This document shows, piece by piece, positions 19,224 to 27,668 of a DNA stretch of 64,000 nt; the stretch's first letter is position 1, and the number at the start of each line of letters is the position of its first letter. The notes beneath the pieces are model-generated. The model was not told the DNA's origin and searched no databases. It worked only from the letters and a program-made list of their open reading frames with translations. This stretch comes from Candidatus Doudnabacteria bacterium. GTDB lineage: Bacteria; Patescibacteriota; Doudnabacteria; UBA920. The translations under genes were made by a program, and so were the position numbers. The stretch spans positions 431 through 64,430 of the forward strand of contig JBBREH010000001.1 of NCBI GenBank assembly GCA_038203095.1, read 5' to 3'.

Positions 19224-19357
19224 ATGGACAGAAATTTAGTTTTAGAATTTGTGAGGGTAAATCCCCTTGAAGGCAGCCATCGAGGGATCGATTAAAGTGC
19301 CTTGGGAATGGACGGATAAAATTAGACAACTTAGGAACCTTGCCAAGCAAAAACGCT
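19224..19357 (+). pseudogene. Decayed gene fragments: glpX 5' end (about 38 nt) followed by metK 3' end (about 75 nt)
   Basis: 19224..19261 is about 87 percent identical to glpX 23906..23943 (MDRNLVLEFVRV). 19283..19357 is about 75 percent identical to metK 17613..17687 ([17 protein letters not shown]). Confidence 0.65.
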
Positions 19358-19397
19358 AGGAGTATAATTACAAACGTCAGATAATTAAAATGAATTT

Positions 19398-20279
19398 ATG
19401 GCCTATATTATTATTTTAACAATCGTCATTTTATTGTTTTTATCTTCCATCCGGATTGTTCAGCAAAACACTGTGTATGTGATAGAAATGATGGGCCGTT
19501 TTAACCGTATTATGACTGCGGGCTTGAATTTTAAAATGCCGCTGTTTGAGCGTGTAGCCGAAAAAGTTACCTTGCGCCAGCAAAATTTCACCTTAAAGAA
19601 TATCTATCCTTCTAAAGATAAAGTGATTGTAGATATTGCCACCAACCTAATTTATTCGGTGGAAACCAGTTCCGAAGGCGTAAAAAAATATACCTATTCA
19701 TTACAAAGCCGCGCGCAGTCAATTGGCGCTATTATTGAAAACTCGCTTAGAACATATGTGGCTAAAGAAACTCATGAAGGCATTTTGGAAAAAAAGGAAG
19801 AATTGGCAGCGCATATTCGAATGGATTTGGAAAAACAGTTTTTTGAATGGGGTATGGTAATTAGCTCGTTCCAAATTACCGAAGTCAGCTTTCCGGCCAC
19901 TATTACCCAGGCCATGAGCGAAGTTGTGGCCAGCCAGCAGTTAATGAAGGCCGCGGCCAACCAGGGCGAAGCCACCAAAATTCGAGCGGTCAAAGAGGCG
20001 GAAGCGGAAAAAGAACGCAAGCGTCTGCAGGGTGAAGGTATTGCCTTAGAGCGCGAGGCTATTGCTACGGGCTTGCGCCAATCGGTTGAAATTATTAAAC
20101 AAGCTACCGGCCAAAGCAATGTAGAAATTATGGCGATTTTAACTTTAAATCAGTATTTGGACACAATGAAGAGCATTGGCGTTACGCCCAACACTAAAGT
20201 TTTGTTTCTTGATTCCAGTGCCGGCAAGACTGGTGAACTTATGAAGCAGTTTATGGCCGCGTTTGAAAGCGGGAAGTAG
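19398..20279 (+). CDS. SPFH/band-7 (stomatin/prohibitin-like) protein
   Basis: N-terminal TM helix followed by an SPFH domain and a coiled-coil (EAEAEKERKRLQGE). Confidence 0.75.
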   Translation: MAYIIILTIVILLFLSSIRIVQQNTVYVIEMMGRFNRIMTAGLNFKMPLFERVAEKVTLRQQNFTLKNIYPSKDKVIVDIATNLIYSVETSSEGVKKYTYSLQSRAQSIGAIIENSLRTYVAKETHEGILEKKEELAAHIRMDLEKQFFEWGMVISSFQITEVSFPATITQAMSEVVASQQLMKAAANQGEATKIRAVKEAEAEKERKRLQGEGIALEREAIATGLRQSVEIIKQATGQSNVEIMAILTLNQYLDTMKSIGVTPNTKVLFLDSSAGKTGELMKQFMAAFESGK

Positions 20280-20374
20280 CTGGAAAAATAATAATAACAA
20301 TAAAAATAACTATTACTACAAGCATCTTTGCTAAAGCAAAGATGCTTGTTTGTTGTTGTGCTACAATATAACAG

Positions 20375-22084
20375 ATGCAAAAAATGGTGATTAAGGTTGT
20401 AAAGATTATTATTGCCACAGCAATTTTTGCCTGGTTTGGTCTATTTTTGGCGCATAAAATAGATTTAACCACCGCGGATTTAGGCCGGCATATTGTTAAT
20501 GGATCGATAATTTTACACGGATCTTGGGCAGAGAAGTGGGCCGTGCTTAATACCAATTTTTATTCTTATACCTTACCTAATCAGCCATTTGTTAACCATC
20601 ACTGGGGGAGTGGAGTGGTTTTTTATTTAATTTTTTTGGCATTTGGATTTGCGGGGTTGTCTGTATTTTATGTAGGTTTGGGATTGGCGACGTTGTGGTT
20701 ATTTTTTGACGTAGCCAGAAGAGCGAGCAATTTTTGGATATCGTCTGCTGTGACAATTTCTCTAATCCCGTTGCTTTCGGCTCGCGCCGAAGTTCGTCCG
20801 GAAATGTTTACCTATTTTTTTACGGGAGTATTTTTTTGGGTGCTGTGGAAATCGCGGAATGACGCGGAACTTAACGCTGAAAGACGCGGAAGCTATAAGT
20901 TGCTCTGGATTTTGCCTATAATTGTTCTGCTTTGGGTTAATTTGCATATTGGTTTTGTGTTTGGGTTTTTGGTGCTGGGGGCGTTTGGATTGGAAGAAAT
21001 AATAAGGAATTTTCCATTCCGAATGCATCTGAGGAATCTGTTAAATCCAGGAACAGACAGATCCCTCCGTTCGCCCTCGGATGCACTCGGTCTTGGTTGG
21101 GATGGCAAATTACAAAAACTGATTATCATATCGGCGCTTTGCATTCTCGCAGGCTTAATAAATCCTTTTGGCTATAAACTGTTAATTTACCCCGCGCAAA
21201 TTTTTAAGAATTACGGTTATTTGATTGTAGAAAATCAATCCATCCGTTTTTTGGAGCGTCTAAATTTTGTTCAAGGCCAACACTTTTTACTTTTTAAACT
21301 GGCCGTGGCCGGGGTCATTATCAGTTTTATCGGAGTTGCCATAAGGTGGTGGAGAAAGATTGATATCACGATGTTGGTATTAGTCATAATCACAGCCTTT
21401 ATGGCTTATTTGGGAATTCGTAATTTTCCGTCTTTCGCGTTTTTCGCCTTGCCGGCCGCGGCCGGAAATTTGTATTTAATTAAACCGCAAAATCTTCATC
21501 GCGCGTACAAGTATTCGCTGTCAGTTATTCTTATTTTTATTGTAATTATTTGCGCCCAATCCCAGTACCAAACTTTTATGGAAATCAGGCCTGTTTTAGG
21601 TTTTGGTGTTTTGCCCGGTGTTAACCAGTCGGCTGATTTTTACAAGGCTAATAATCTTAAAGGTCCTATATTTAACAATTATGACGTTGGCGGATATTTA
21701 ATTTATCATTTATATCAAAAAAATCACCCCCTCCTAGCCTCCCCCATCAAGGGGGAGGAAGGGGGCACGGACACAAAGCTCTTTGTGGACAACAGGCCGG
21801 AAGCTTATACAACTGATTTTTTTGAAAATTCCTACAAACTGCCGCAAACGGACAGCCAAAAATGGCAGGAACTTGATAACCGGTATAATTTTAACTCCAT
21901 CTTTTTTTCCCACCGCGACTATACCCCGTGGGGTCAGGCGTTTTTAATTTCGCGAATACAGGATCCCACTTGGGCGCCGGTGTTTGTAGACACGTACAAT
22001 ATAATCTTTGTAAAAAGAAACCCACAGAACGCGGATTTAATTAAAAAATATGAACTACCAAAAAGTATGTTTGGCATTAAATAA
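20375..22084 (+). CDS. Polytopic membrane protein, candidate GT-C-type glycosyltransferase
   Basis: At least 12 predicted TM helices, immediately upstream of a Dpm1-like GT2. Contains two in-frame repeat-element insertions (21024..21091, 21724..21765). Confidence 0.45.
   Translation: MQKMVIKVVKIIIATAIFAWFGLFLAHKIDLTTADLGRHIVNGSIILHGSWAEKWAVLNTNFYSYTLPNQPFVNHHWGSGVVFYLIFLAFGFAGLSVFYVGLGLATLWLFFDVARRASNFWISSAVTISLIPLLSARAEVRPEMFTYFFTGVFFWVLWKSRNDAELNAERRGSYKLLWILPIIVLLWVNLHIGFVFGFLVLGAFGLEEIIRNFPFRMHLRNLLNPGTDRSLRSPSDALGLGWDGKLQKLIIISALCILAGLINPFGYKLLIYPAQIFKNYGYLIVENQSIRFLERLNFVQGQHFLLFKLAVAGVIISFIGVAIRWWRKIDITMLVLVIITAFMAYLGIRNFPSFAFFALPAAAGNLYLIKPQNLHRAYKYSLSVILIFIVIICAQSQYQTFMEIRPVLGFGVLPGVNQSADFYKANNLKGPIFNNYDVGGYLIYHLYQKNHPLLASPIKGEEGGTDTKLFVDNRPEAYTTDFFENSYKLPQTDSQKWQELDNRYNFNSIFFSHRDYTPWGQAFLISRIQDPTWAPVFVDTYNIIFVKRNPQNADLIKKYELPKSMFGIK
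21724..21765. repeat. G/C-rich palindromic element (in-frame inside the membrane-protein CDS, opposite orientation)
   Basis: CACCCCCTCCTAGCCTCCCCCATCAAGGGGGAGGAAGGGGG; encodes HPLLASPIKGEEGG. Confidence 0.65.
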
Positions 22085-22200
22085 TTGACAAGATTGAGCA
22101 AGATTTTCATGCCAGAGGCAGATCCACCTTCGGCGGAAAATGATTGACAACATTGGAATGCAATTGTCTTTATAATCTTTTAAATCATGTTAATCAACTT

Positions 22201-22932
22201 ATGAAGCTGTCAATAATCATCCCAGCGCACAATGAAGAAAAAACCATTGCTCAGGTTTTGGAGCAGGTTTTAAAAGTGGATTTGGACGGGTGGGAGAAAG
22301 AGGTGGTTGTGGTGGATGACGGAAGTAGTGACGGGACAGGTACTATCCTGGAAAAGATTTGTAGCGTGCCCATTTATGGGCATTCCGGATCGCCGATAAA
22401 TCGGCACGCTACACTTATTAGCCACCCCACCAATCTCGGCAAAGGCGCGGCAATAAAATCGGCTTTGGTCAAAGCCACCGGGGATTACGTAATTATTCAG
22501 GACGCGGATTTGGAGTATAATCCGGGCGATATCGTTAATCTTTTATCGTTTATCCCTGACGATGGAAAACATCGGATTGCCATTTTTGGCAAGCGCGGTT
22601 ATAAAGCTTATCCGGAGCGCGGCTTCCACTATGTTATTGGCGCGTGGTTGCTTACTACTTTTTATAACTTGCTTTATGGCCAGCAACTTACGGATCTTTA
22701 CACTGGCTACAAATTAATCCCGACACGCATTTTTAAAGAACTAAACATTGAGTCCAACGGTTTTGAATTTGAAGCCGAAGTGGCTTGTAAGCTGGTGAAA
22801 AAAAATGTTATTATAAAGGAAGTAGAAATTAGTTATTTACCCAGAAACAAAGCTCAAGGTAAACATATTCGCTTTGTTGACGCCGTGAAAGGTTTTTGGA
22901 CTATTGTTAAAATTAGGCTATTTAAGAATTGA
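22201..22932 (+). CDS. GT2 glycosyltransferase (polyprenyl-phosphate sugar synthase/Dpm1-like)
   Basis: LSIIIPAHNEE...VVVVDDGSSDGT...DADLEYNP motifs. ATG at 22201. Carries a 53-nt repeat insertion at 22366..22418. Confidence 0.75.
   Translation: MKLSIIIPAHNEEKTIAQVLEQVLKVDLDGWEKEVVVVDDGSSDGTGTILEKICSVPIYGHSGSPINRHATLISHPTNLGKGAAIKSALVKATGDYVIIQDADLEYNPGDIVNLLSFIPDDGKHRIAIFGKRGYKAYPERGFHYVIGAWLLTTFYNLLYGQQLTDLYTGYKLIPTRIFKELNIESNGFEFEAEVACKLVKKNVIIKEVEISYLPRNKAQGKHIRFVDAVKGFWTIVKIRLFKN
22366..22418. repeat. 53-nt repeat element, copy 2 (in-frame inside the GT2 CDS)
   Basis: Matches 3009..3061; encodes VPIYGHSGSPINRHATL inserted before the GKG motif of the GT2. Confidence 0.7.
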
Positions 22933-23891
22933 TGCCAAACAGTGAGAGAATTTTAGTTGGAGGTGGCCCCAGCACATTGTTCGATGTTAGGGTTAAGGGC
23001 CGGGAAACAGAAACTTATCCTCCAGTTTTATTGACACAGGCAGAACAAGATTTTGCCGGGCAACTTTTTTTAGAATTGGAGAGCAAAGTAACTAGTTTTA
23101 GCGATTTTAAAGATTTCCCCAAAATTTTGATTGAGCAATTTCTTAAAGAATATACTGAGAAAGAGGAAGTGATTACAAAAATTTTTTTGCGGGAATTGGG
23201 CCTGATTGATTTTAAGTCGCTACTGTACCCCGGCACCAAGGAGAGTTTGCTTAAGGCCACTGAAATTTATGGCCCAAAATTAAAGAGTGTGCATTTATGG
23301 TCGCAGGGGGATGTAGATGCAACCGGCCATCAGACAAATAAAATTTTTAGAACCGGTTTAGGCGCGATTTTAAAGAGTTCCCGGGCGGCAAGTTTAAAGG
23401 ACAAACTTTTTTGGAATATCCGGACAGATAAATTTGCAAACATAGAAGGCATGCTTGATTCTGTTGCGGAGGGCCAGAAAGAGAAAGTGGTAGTAATTGA
23501 AGACAGTGTTGAGAATATTAAAAAAGTAACCAATATGTTGAAAGATAGGGCAACTGTTTTTCCGATTTGGGCTAATTACAGCCGCCGCGGCGCTAGTTTG
23601 CGAAAGAATAATCTTGAAGAATTTGAGCGACTAAAGAAGGAATATAACGGAATTGATTCTTTGGCGGAAATTTCTAGCAGAGAGAAAGAATTTGGGGAAG
23701 TATTCAAAGATGCCCATTTATTTTTGGATTTTGACGGGGTTTTAGCCAATAATGAAGAGCTTAGGCGGGTTAACGGTGAAGCTTTGCTCAAGGCATTTAT
23801 TATTGGACTTGGGGCGGGTAACCAAGAAAGGCAAAAATTAGTTGAAGAAATTCGGACAAAATTAAACTTGATCTCGCCTGAAAAAAATTAA
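22929..23891 (+). CDS. Hypothetical protein with HAD-like motifs in permuted order
   Basis: Motif-IV-like VVVIEDSVENI precedes motif-I-like FLDFDGVL near the C-terminus. Confidence 0.35.
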   Translation: MMPNSERILVGGGPSTLFDVRVKGRETETYPPVLLTQAEQDFAGQLFLELESKVTSFSDFKDFPKILIEQFLKEYTEKEEVITKIFLRELGLIDFKSLLYPGTKESLLKATEIYGPKLKSVHLWSQGDVDATGHQTNKIFRTGLGAILKSSRAASLKDKLFWNIRTDKFANIEGMLDSVAEGQKEKVVVIEDSVENIKKVTNMLKDRATVFPIWANYSRRGASLRKNNLEEFERLKKEYNGIDSLAEISSREKEFGEVFKDAHLFLDFDGVLANNEELRRVNGEALLKAFIIGLGAGNQERQKLVEEIRTKLNLISPEKN

Positions 23892-23905
23892 TAGTAAATA
23901 AATTT

Positions 23906-24898
23906 ATGGATAGAAATTTAGCTTTGGAATTTGTGCGGGTAACTGAGGCGGCGGCTATTGCAGCTAGTAAGTGGATAGGCAAGGGTGACGGTAAAAAGGC
24001 TGATGGCGCGGCAGTAGATGAAATGCGGTCGCGTTTTAATCAGATAGATTTTAAAGGCGTGGTGGTAATTGGTGAGGGGCAGAAAGACGAGGCGCCGGAA
24101 CTTTACACCGGGGAGAAGGTGGGACTTGGATGGAAAAACTCCAACCACCCCGGCCTTTCAGGCCACCCCTCCTTGAAAAGGAGGGGAGACTCCGTGTTTG
24201 ACCTTGCTGTTGACCCGCTTGAATGTACCGACAGCGTGGCTTATGGGCGTTATAATGCGATTGCGGTTATTGCGGCCGGAGCGCGGGGCTCGCTTTTAAG
24301 TGCGCCCGATACTTATATGGAAAAGTTGGCGGCCGGGCCAAAGGCTGCTAAAGTAATTAAAATGGGTGCGCCGGTTAAGCTAAACATTGAACGTACGGCC
24401 AAGGCTCTTGGTAAAAAAGTTGGGGATGTTACGGTGTGCATAATGGATAGAGAGCGCCATAAAGATTTAATTGGTCAGGTAAGAAAAATAGGCGCCAGAG
24501 TGCGGCTAATTACAGACGGCGACGTAGCGGGCGGGATAGCAACGTGTATGCCAGAATCGGGGATAGACCTGCTTATGGGCATTGGCGCTTCCGCAGAGGC
24601 AGTTTTGGCCGCCACAGCCATTAAAATTCTGGGTGGGCAAATATTCGCTCGCTTTAACCCAATGAAAGAAGCTCATCATCAATTGTTAAAAAAAGCCGGC
24701 CTTAACGACAAAAAAATTTACTCTGTAAACGACCTGGCCAAAGGTCAAACCCTAACCTTTACCGCCACAGGCATTATTGACGGCCCACTGCTTCAAGGGG
24801 TGAGGGTTGAGGGTAGCTACATTATAACCCATTCGATAGTAATCCGCGGTCAGAGCGGAACAATAAGATATATAACAACGCATCATAAGGAGAAATAG
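23906..24898 (+). CDS. glpX: Fructose-1,6-bisphosphatase class II (GlpX)
   Basis: Collinear with GlpX (LALEFVRVTEAAAIAA...GEGQKDEAPELYTGEKVG...DLAVDP). Carries an extra ~17 aa encoded by a palindromic element at 24149..24190. Confidence 0.85.
   Translation: MDRNLALEFVRVTEAAAIAASKWIGKGDGKKADGAAVDEMRSRFNQIDFKGVVVIGEGQKDEAPELYTGEKVGLGWKNSNHPGLSGHPSLKRRGDSVFDLAVDPLECTDSVAYGRYNAIAVIAAGARGSLLSAPDTYMEKLAAGPKAAKVIKMGAPVKLNIERTAKALGKKVGDVTVCIMDRERHKDLIGQVRKIGARVRLITDGDVAGGIATCMPESGIDLLMGIGASAEAVLAATAIKILGGQIFARFNPMKEAHHQLLKKAGLNDKKIYSVNDLAKGQTLTFTATGIIDGPLLQGVRVEGSYIITHSIVIRGQSGTIRYITTHHKEK
24149..24190. repeat. G/C-rich double hairpin inserted in-frame in glpX
   Basis: GGCC-TTTCA-GGCC followed by CCCCTCCTT-GAAA-AGGAGGGG; encodes PGLSGHPSLKRRGD, which is absent from E. 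coli GlpX at that point. Confidence 0.6.
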
Positions 24899-25345
24899 AA
24901 TTTTTAATTTTCAATTTGTAATTTTTAAACAATGTACAAATTTTATAATTATGAAGTATGATTTAGAGGAAAGAACGAGAAAATTTTCAAAAGAATTGAT
25001 TAGGTTTTTGAAAACGATTAAATCAAATTTAATAAACCAATCAATTATTTCTCAATTGGTTAGGTCTGCAACCAGTGTCGGAGCGAATTACTGTGAAGCG
25101 AATGCGGCTAGCTCTAAGAAAGATTTTACGAATAAAATATTTATTTGCAGGAAAGAAATTCAAGAAACAAAATATTGGTTTGAATTATTGGCAGAATCTA
25201 ATCCCGAAAGCAAAGATGAATTAAGAAAATTTTGGAAAGAAGCTCATGAATTGACGTTAATATTTAATAAAATATCAACATCTTTAAGATCAAAATTAGA
25301 AAATTGAAGAATTGTTTATAAATTAAAAATTGAAAATTAAAAATT
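24899..25345. mobile_element. IR-flanked cassette carrying a four-helix-bundle (IVS-type) protein gene, exactly between the glpX stop and the fba start
   Basis: 35-nt AT-rich inverted repeats at 24899..24933 and 25311..25345 (33/35 complementary). Confidence 0.55.
24951..25307 (+). CDS. Four-helix-bundle protein (23S rRNA intervening-sequence protein family)
   Basis: RSATSVGANYCEA...KDF..KI.ICRKEIQETKYWFELL motifs. Confidence 0.65.
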   Translation: MKYDLEERTRKFSKELIRFLKTIKSNLINQSIISQLVRSATSVGANYCEANAASSKKDFTNKIFICRKEIQETKYWFELLAESNPESKDELRKFWKEAHELTLIFNKISTSLRSKLEN

Positions 25346-26389
25346 ATGAATACATCTGAACTCAACAAAACCGCCAAACAAATGGTCGCGCCCGGGAAGG
25401 GGATTTTGGCCGCGGATGAGAGCGAGAAGACTGTGGGAAAAAGATTCGCTTCTATAAATTTAGAAAATAATGAAGCTAACCGCAAGGCTTTCCGGGAAAT
25501 GCTTTTAACGGCTCCCGGTGAAAATCAGTATGTGAGTGGTGTAATTTTACACGACGAGACCATTCGCCAAAGTTTAGATGATGGAAGAAGTTTTGTATCA
25601 ATTTTGCAAAATCAAAACATTTTACCGGGCATAAAAGTGGATTTGGGACTGCAAGAAGTTGGTACTGAAAAGCTTACTAAGGGCCTGGAAGGGTTGGACA
25701 CAAGACTTAAGGAATATACTGCCCTGGGCGCGAAATTTTGCAAATGGAGGGCGGTAATTACCATTGGCCAAGGAACCCCGACTCCTGAAAATATTCGTCA
25801 AAATGTTAAAGATTTAGCCCAATATGCGTTGGTTTGCCAGCAAAATGGACTGGTGCCAATTGTGGAGCCGGAAGTTTTGTTGGATGGTAATCACACCATA
25901 GAACAAAGCGAAGCGGCATTGGAAAAAACCTTAAAAGCACTAGTTGAGGAACTGACAGCCGCGGGCGTAAGTTTTGAGGGCGCGATTTTAAAAAGTAGTA
26001 TGGTGTTGCCGGGTAAAGATTCAGGCTCCAAAGCCACACCCGAGCAGGTTGCCGCAGCAACTATGCGTGTCTTTCAAAAGACTTTGCCGGCCAATTTAGC
26101 CGGAGTGGTGTTTTTGTCCGGCGGACAGGGTGATGTGGAAGCCACAGAAAATCTTAACGCCATAAATCAGCTGGGCTCACAAGCCTGGGCATTAAGTTTT
26201 TCTTACGCCCGGGCGCTTCAGGACGCAGCTACCAAAACTTGGACCGGTAAAAAAGAAAATTTGGCGGCGGCGCAAAAAGTCTTTTTGTTTCGGGTCAAAA
26301 TGAATAGCTTAGCCAGCCAGGGAAAATATTCAGCGTCTATGGAAGAAGTTGGTATGGCGTCTGCCAGCGCTTCAGCAAGTCAGAATTAA
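25346..26389 (+). CDS. fba: Fructose-bisphosphate aldolase, class I
   Basis: GKGILAADES motif and the class I aldolase fold pattern across 347 aa. Confidence 0.9.
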   Translation: MNTSELNKTAKQMVAPGKGILAADESEKTVGKRFASINLENNEANRKAFREMLLTAPGENQYVSGVILHDETIRQSLDDGRSFVSILQNQNILPGIKVDLGLQEVGTEKLTKGLEGLDTRLKEYTALGAKFCKWRAVITIGQGTPTPENIRQNVKDLAQYALVCQQNGLVPIVEPEVLLDGNHTIEQSEAALEKTLKALVEELTAAGVSFEGAILKSSMVLPGKDSGSKATPEQVAAATMRVFQKTLPANLAGVVFLSGGQGDVEATENLNAINQLGSQAWALSFSYARALQDAATKTWTGKKENLAAAQKVFLFRVKMNSLASQGKYSASMEEVGMASASASASQN

Positions 26390-26473
26390 AATAATTGCAG
26401 ATTTGAGATTGCAGATTTTAGAATTACTGCAGTCCGAATCCTAAATCTAAAATCCTAAATCTAAAATTTTATT

Positions 26474-27181
26474 ATGCCCCAAACCAAAAAAGCCAAGTTT
26501 ATACCAATTGTGCATTTAGAAAAAGTCCGCAAAGGCCATGTCAAAGCCGTACCGCAGTGGATGATAAAAAAGATTTCCGCTGAGTTTCTTAAAGGTTTTA
26601 AATTTTTGACCAAGTACAAAAAAGCCGTAAGCATTATGGGTTCGGCCAGAGTGGGTTTAAAAAATGGGGTTTATGATGAGGCAACTAAGCTAACGCATAA
26701 GCTCTCCAAGGCGGGTTTTGCCATAGTTACCGGTGGTGGACCGGGGATTATGGAAGCAGCTAATAAAGGCGCGTTTGAGGCCGGCGGTCAGTCTGTTGGC
26801 ATTAATATTCGCCTGCCTTTTGAACAGCGAACTAACAAATATGTAAAAGAATCGGAAGATTTTTCTTATTTTTTTACACGTAAGGTTATGCTGGAATACG
26901 CCTCTCAAATTTATGTATTTTTTCCCGGGGGTTTTGGTACGCTGGATGAGTTTTTTGAAATGATCACGCTAATCCAAACCGGAAAGGTTCATCCGGTGCC
27001 GGTAATTTTGGTCAATAAAGAATTTTGGTCTCCGCTATTAAAATGGATAGAAACTACAATCTACGAAAAAAATAACGCGATTAATAAAAACGATATGGAC
27101 CTTTACCATTTAGTCGACACAGCAGAAGAGGCGTACGAGGAAATAAAGGTTTTGGCAAAAGAAAAGCATTTGTTTAATTAG
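26474..27181 (+). CDS. LOG-family protein (cytokinin riboside 5'-monophosphate phosphoribohydrolase-like)
   Basis: MGSARVG...[15 protein letters not shown]...PGGFGTLDE motifs. Confidence 0.8.
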   Translation: MPQTKKAKFIPIVHLEKVRKGHVKAVPQWMIKKISAEFLKGFKFLTKYKKAVSIMGSARVGLKNGVYDEATKLTHKLSKAGFAIVTGGGPGIMEAANKGAFEAGGQSVGINIRLPFEQRTNKYVKESEDFSYFFTRKVMLEYASQIYVFFPGGFGTLDEFFEMITLIQTGKVHPVPVILVNKEFWSPLLKWIETTIYEKNNAINKNDMDLYHLVDTAEEAYEEIKVLAKEKHLFN

Positions 27182-27191
27182 GGGGAAAGGA

Positions 27192-27649
27192 GACAAGCAA
27201 ACAAGCAAACAAGGAGACAAATAAATAGCTTTAAAGATATATTTGCTTGGCAAAAGGCTCATTTATTAGCCTTGGAAGTTTACAGACTGTCAAAAAAATA
27301 TCCGAAAGACGAGTTATATGGATTGACCAGCCAAACTCGTAGAGCAGTGGTTTCTGTGGCTTCAAATTTGGTTGAAGGTTTTAAGCGAGCAGACAATAAG
27401 GAAGATTCACATTTTTGTAATATAGCTCAGGCTTCTTTAGAGGAAGTTAGATATCAGTTACTTCTGGCGAGAGATCTGGGTTATATTAGTAATCTTGAAT
27501 GTGAAAAGACGGAGCAATTATCCGAAGAAGTTTCTAAGTTGATTTATTTGTGGATGAAAAGTAAGAAATAAGTAAGCAAGGAGACAGGGAGTCAAGCAAT
27601 TAAGGATACAAGCTTAAATGCGGAGCGCTTGTTTGCTTGTTTGCTTGTC
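27192..27649. mobile_element. IR-flanked cassette carrying a second four-helix-bundle protein gene, between the LOG gene and tal
   Basis: Perfect 22-nt inverted repeats GACAAGCAAACAAGCAAACAAG at 27192..27213 and 27628..27649. Confidence 0.6.
27272..27571 (+). CDS. Four-helix-bundle protein (23S rRNA IVS protein family), start uncertain
   Basis: YGLTSQTRRAVVSVASNLVEG motif. The family-typical N-terminus (FAWQKAH) extends in frame upstream to 27182 with no ATG/GTG; only the TTG at 27272 or an ATA is available. Confidence 0.6.
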   Translation: MEVYRLSKKYPKDELYGLTSQTRRAVVSVASNLVEGFKRADNKEDSHFCNIAQASLEEVRYQLLLARDLGYISNLECEKTEQLSEEVSKLIYLWMKSKK

Positions 27650-27668
27650 CCCCTTAACATACTTTCCT

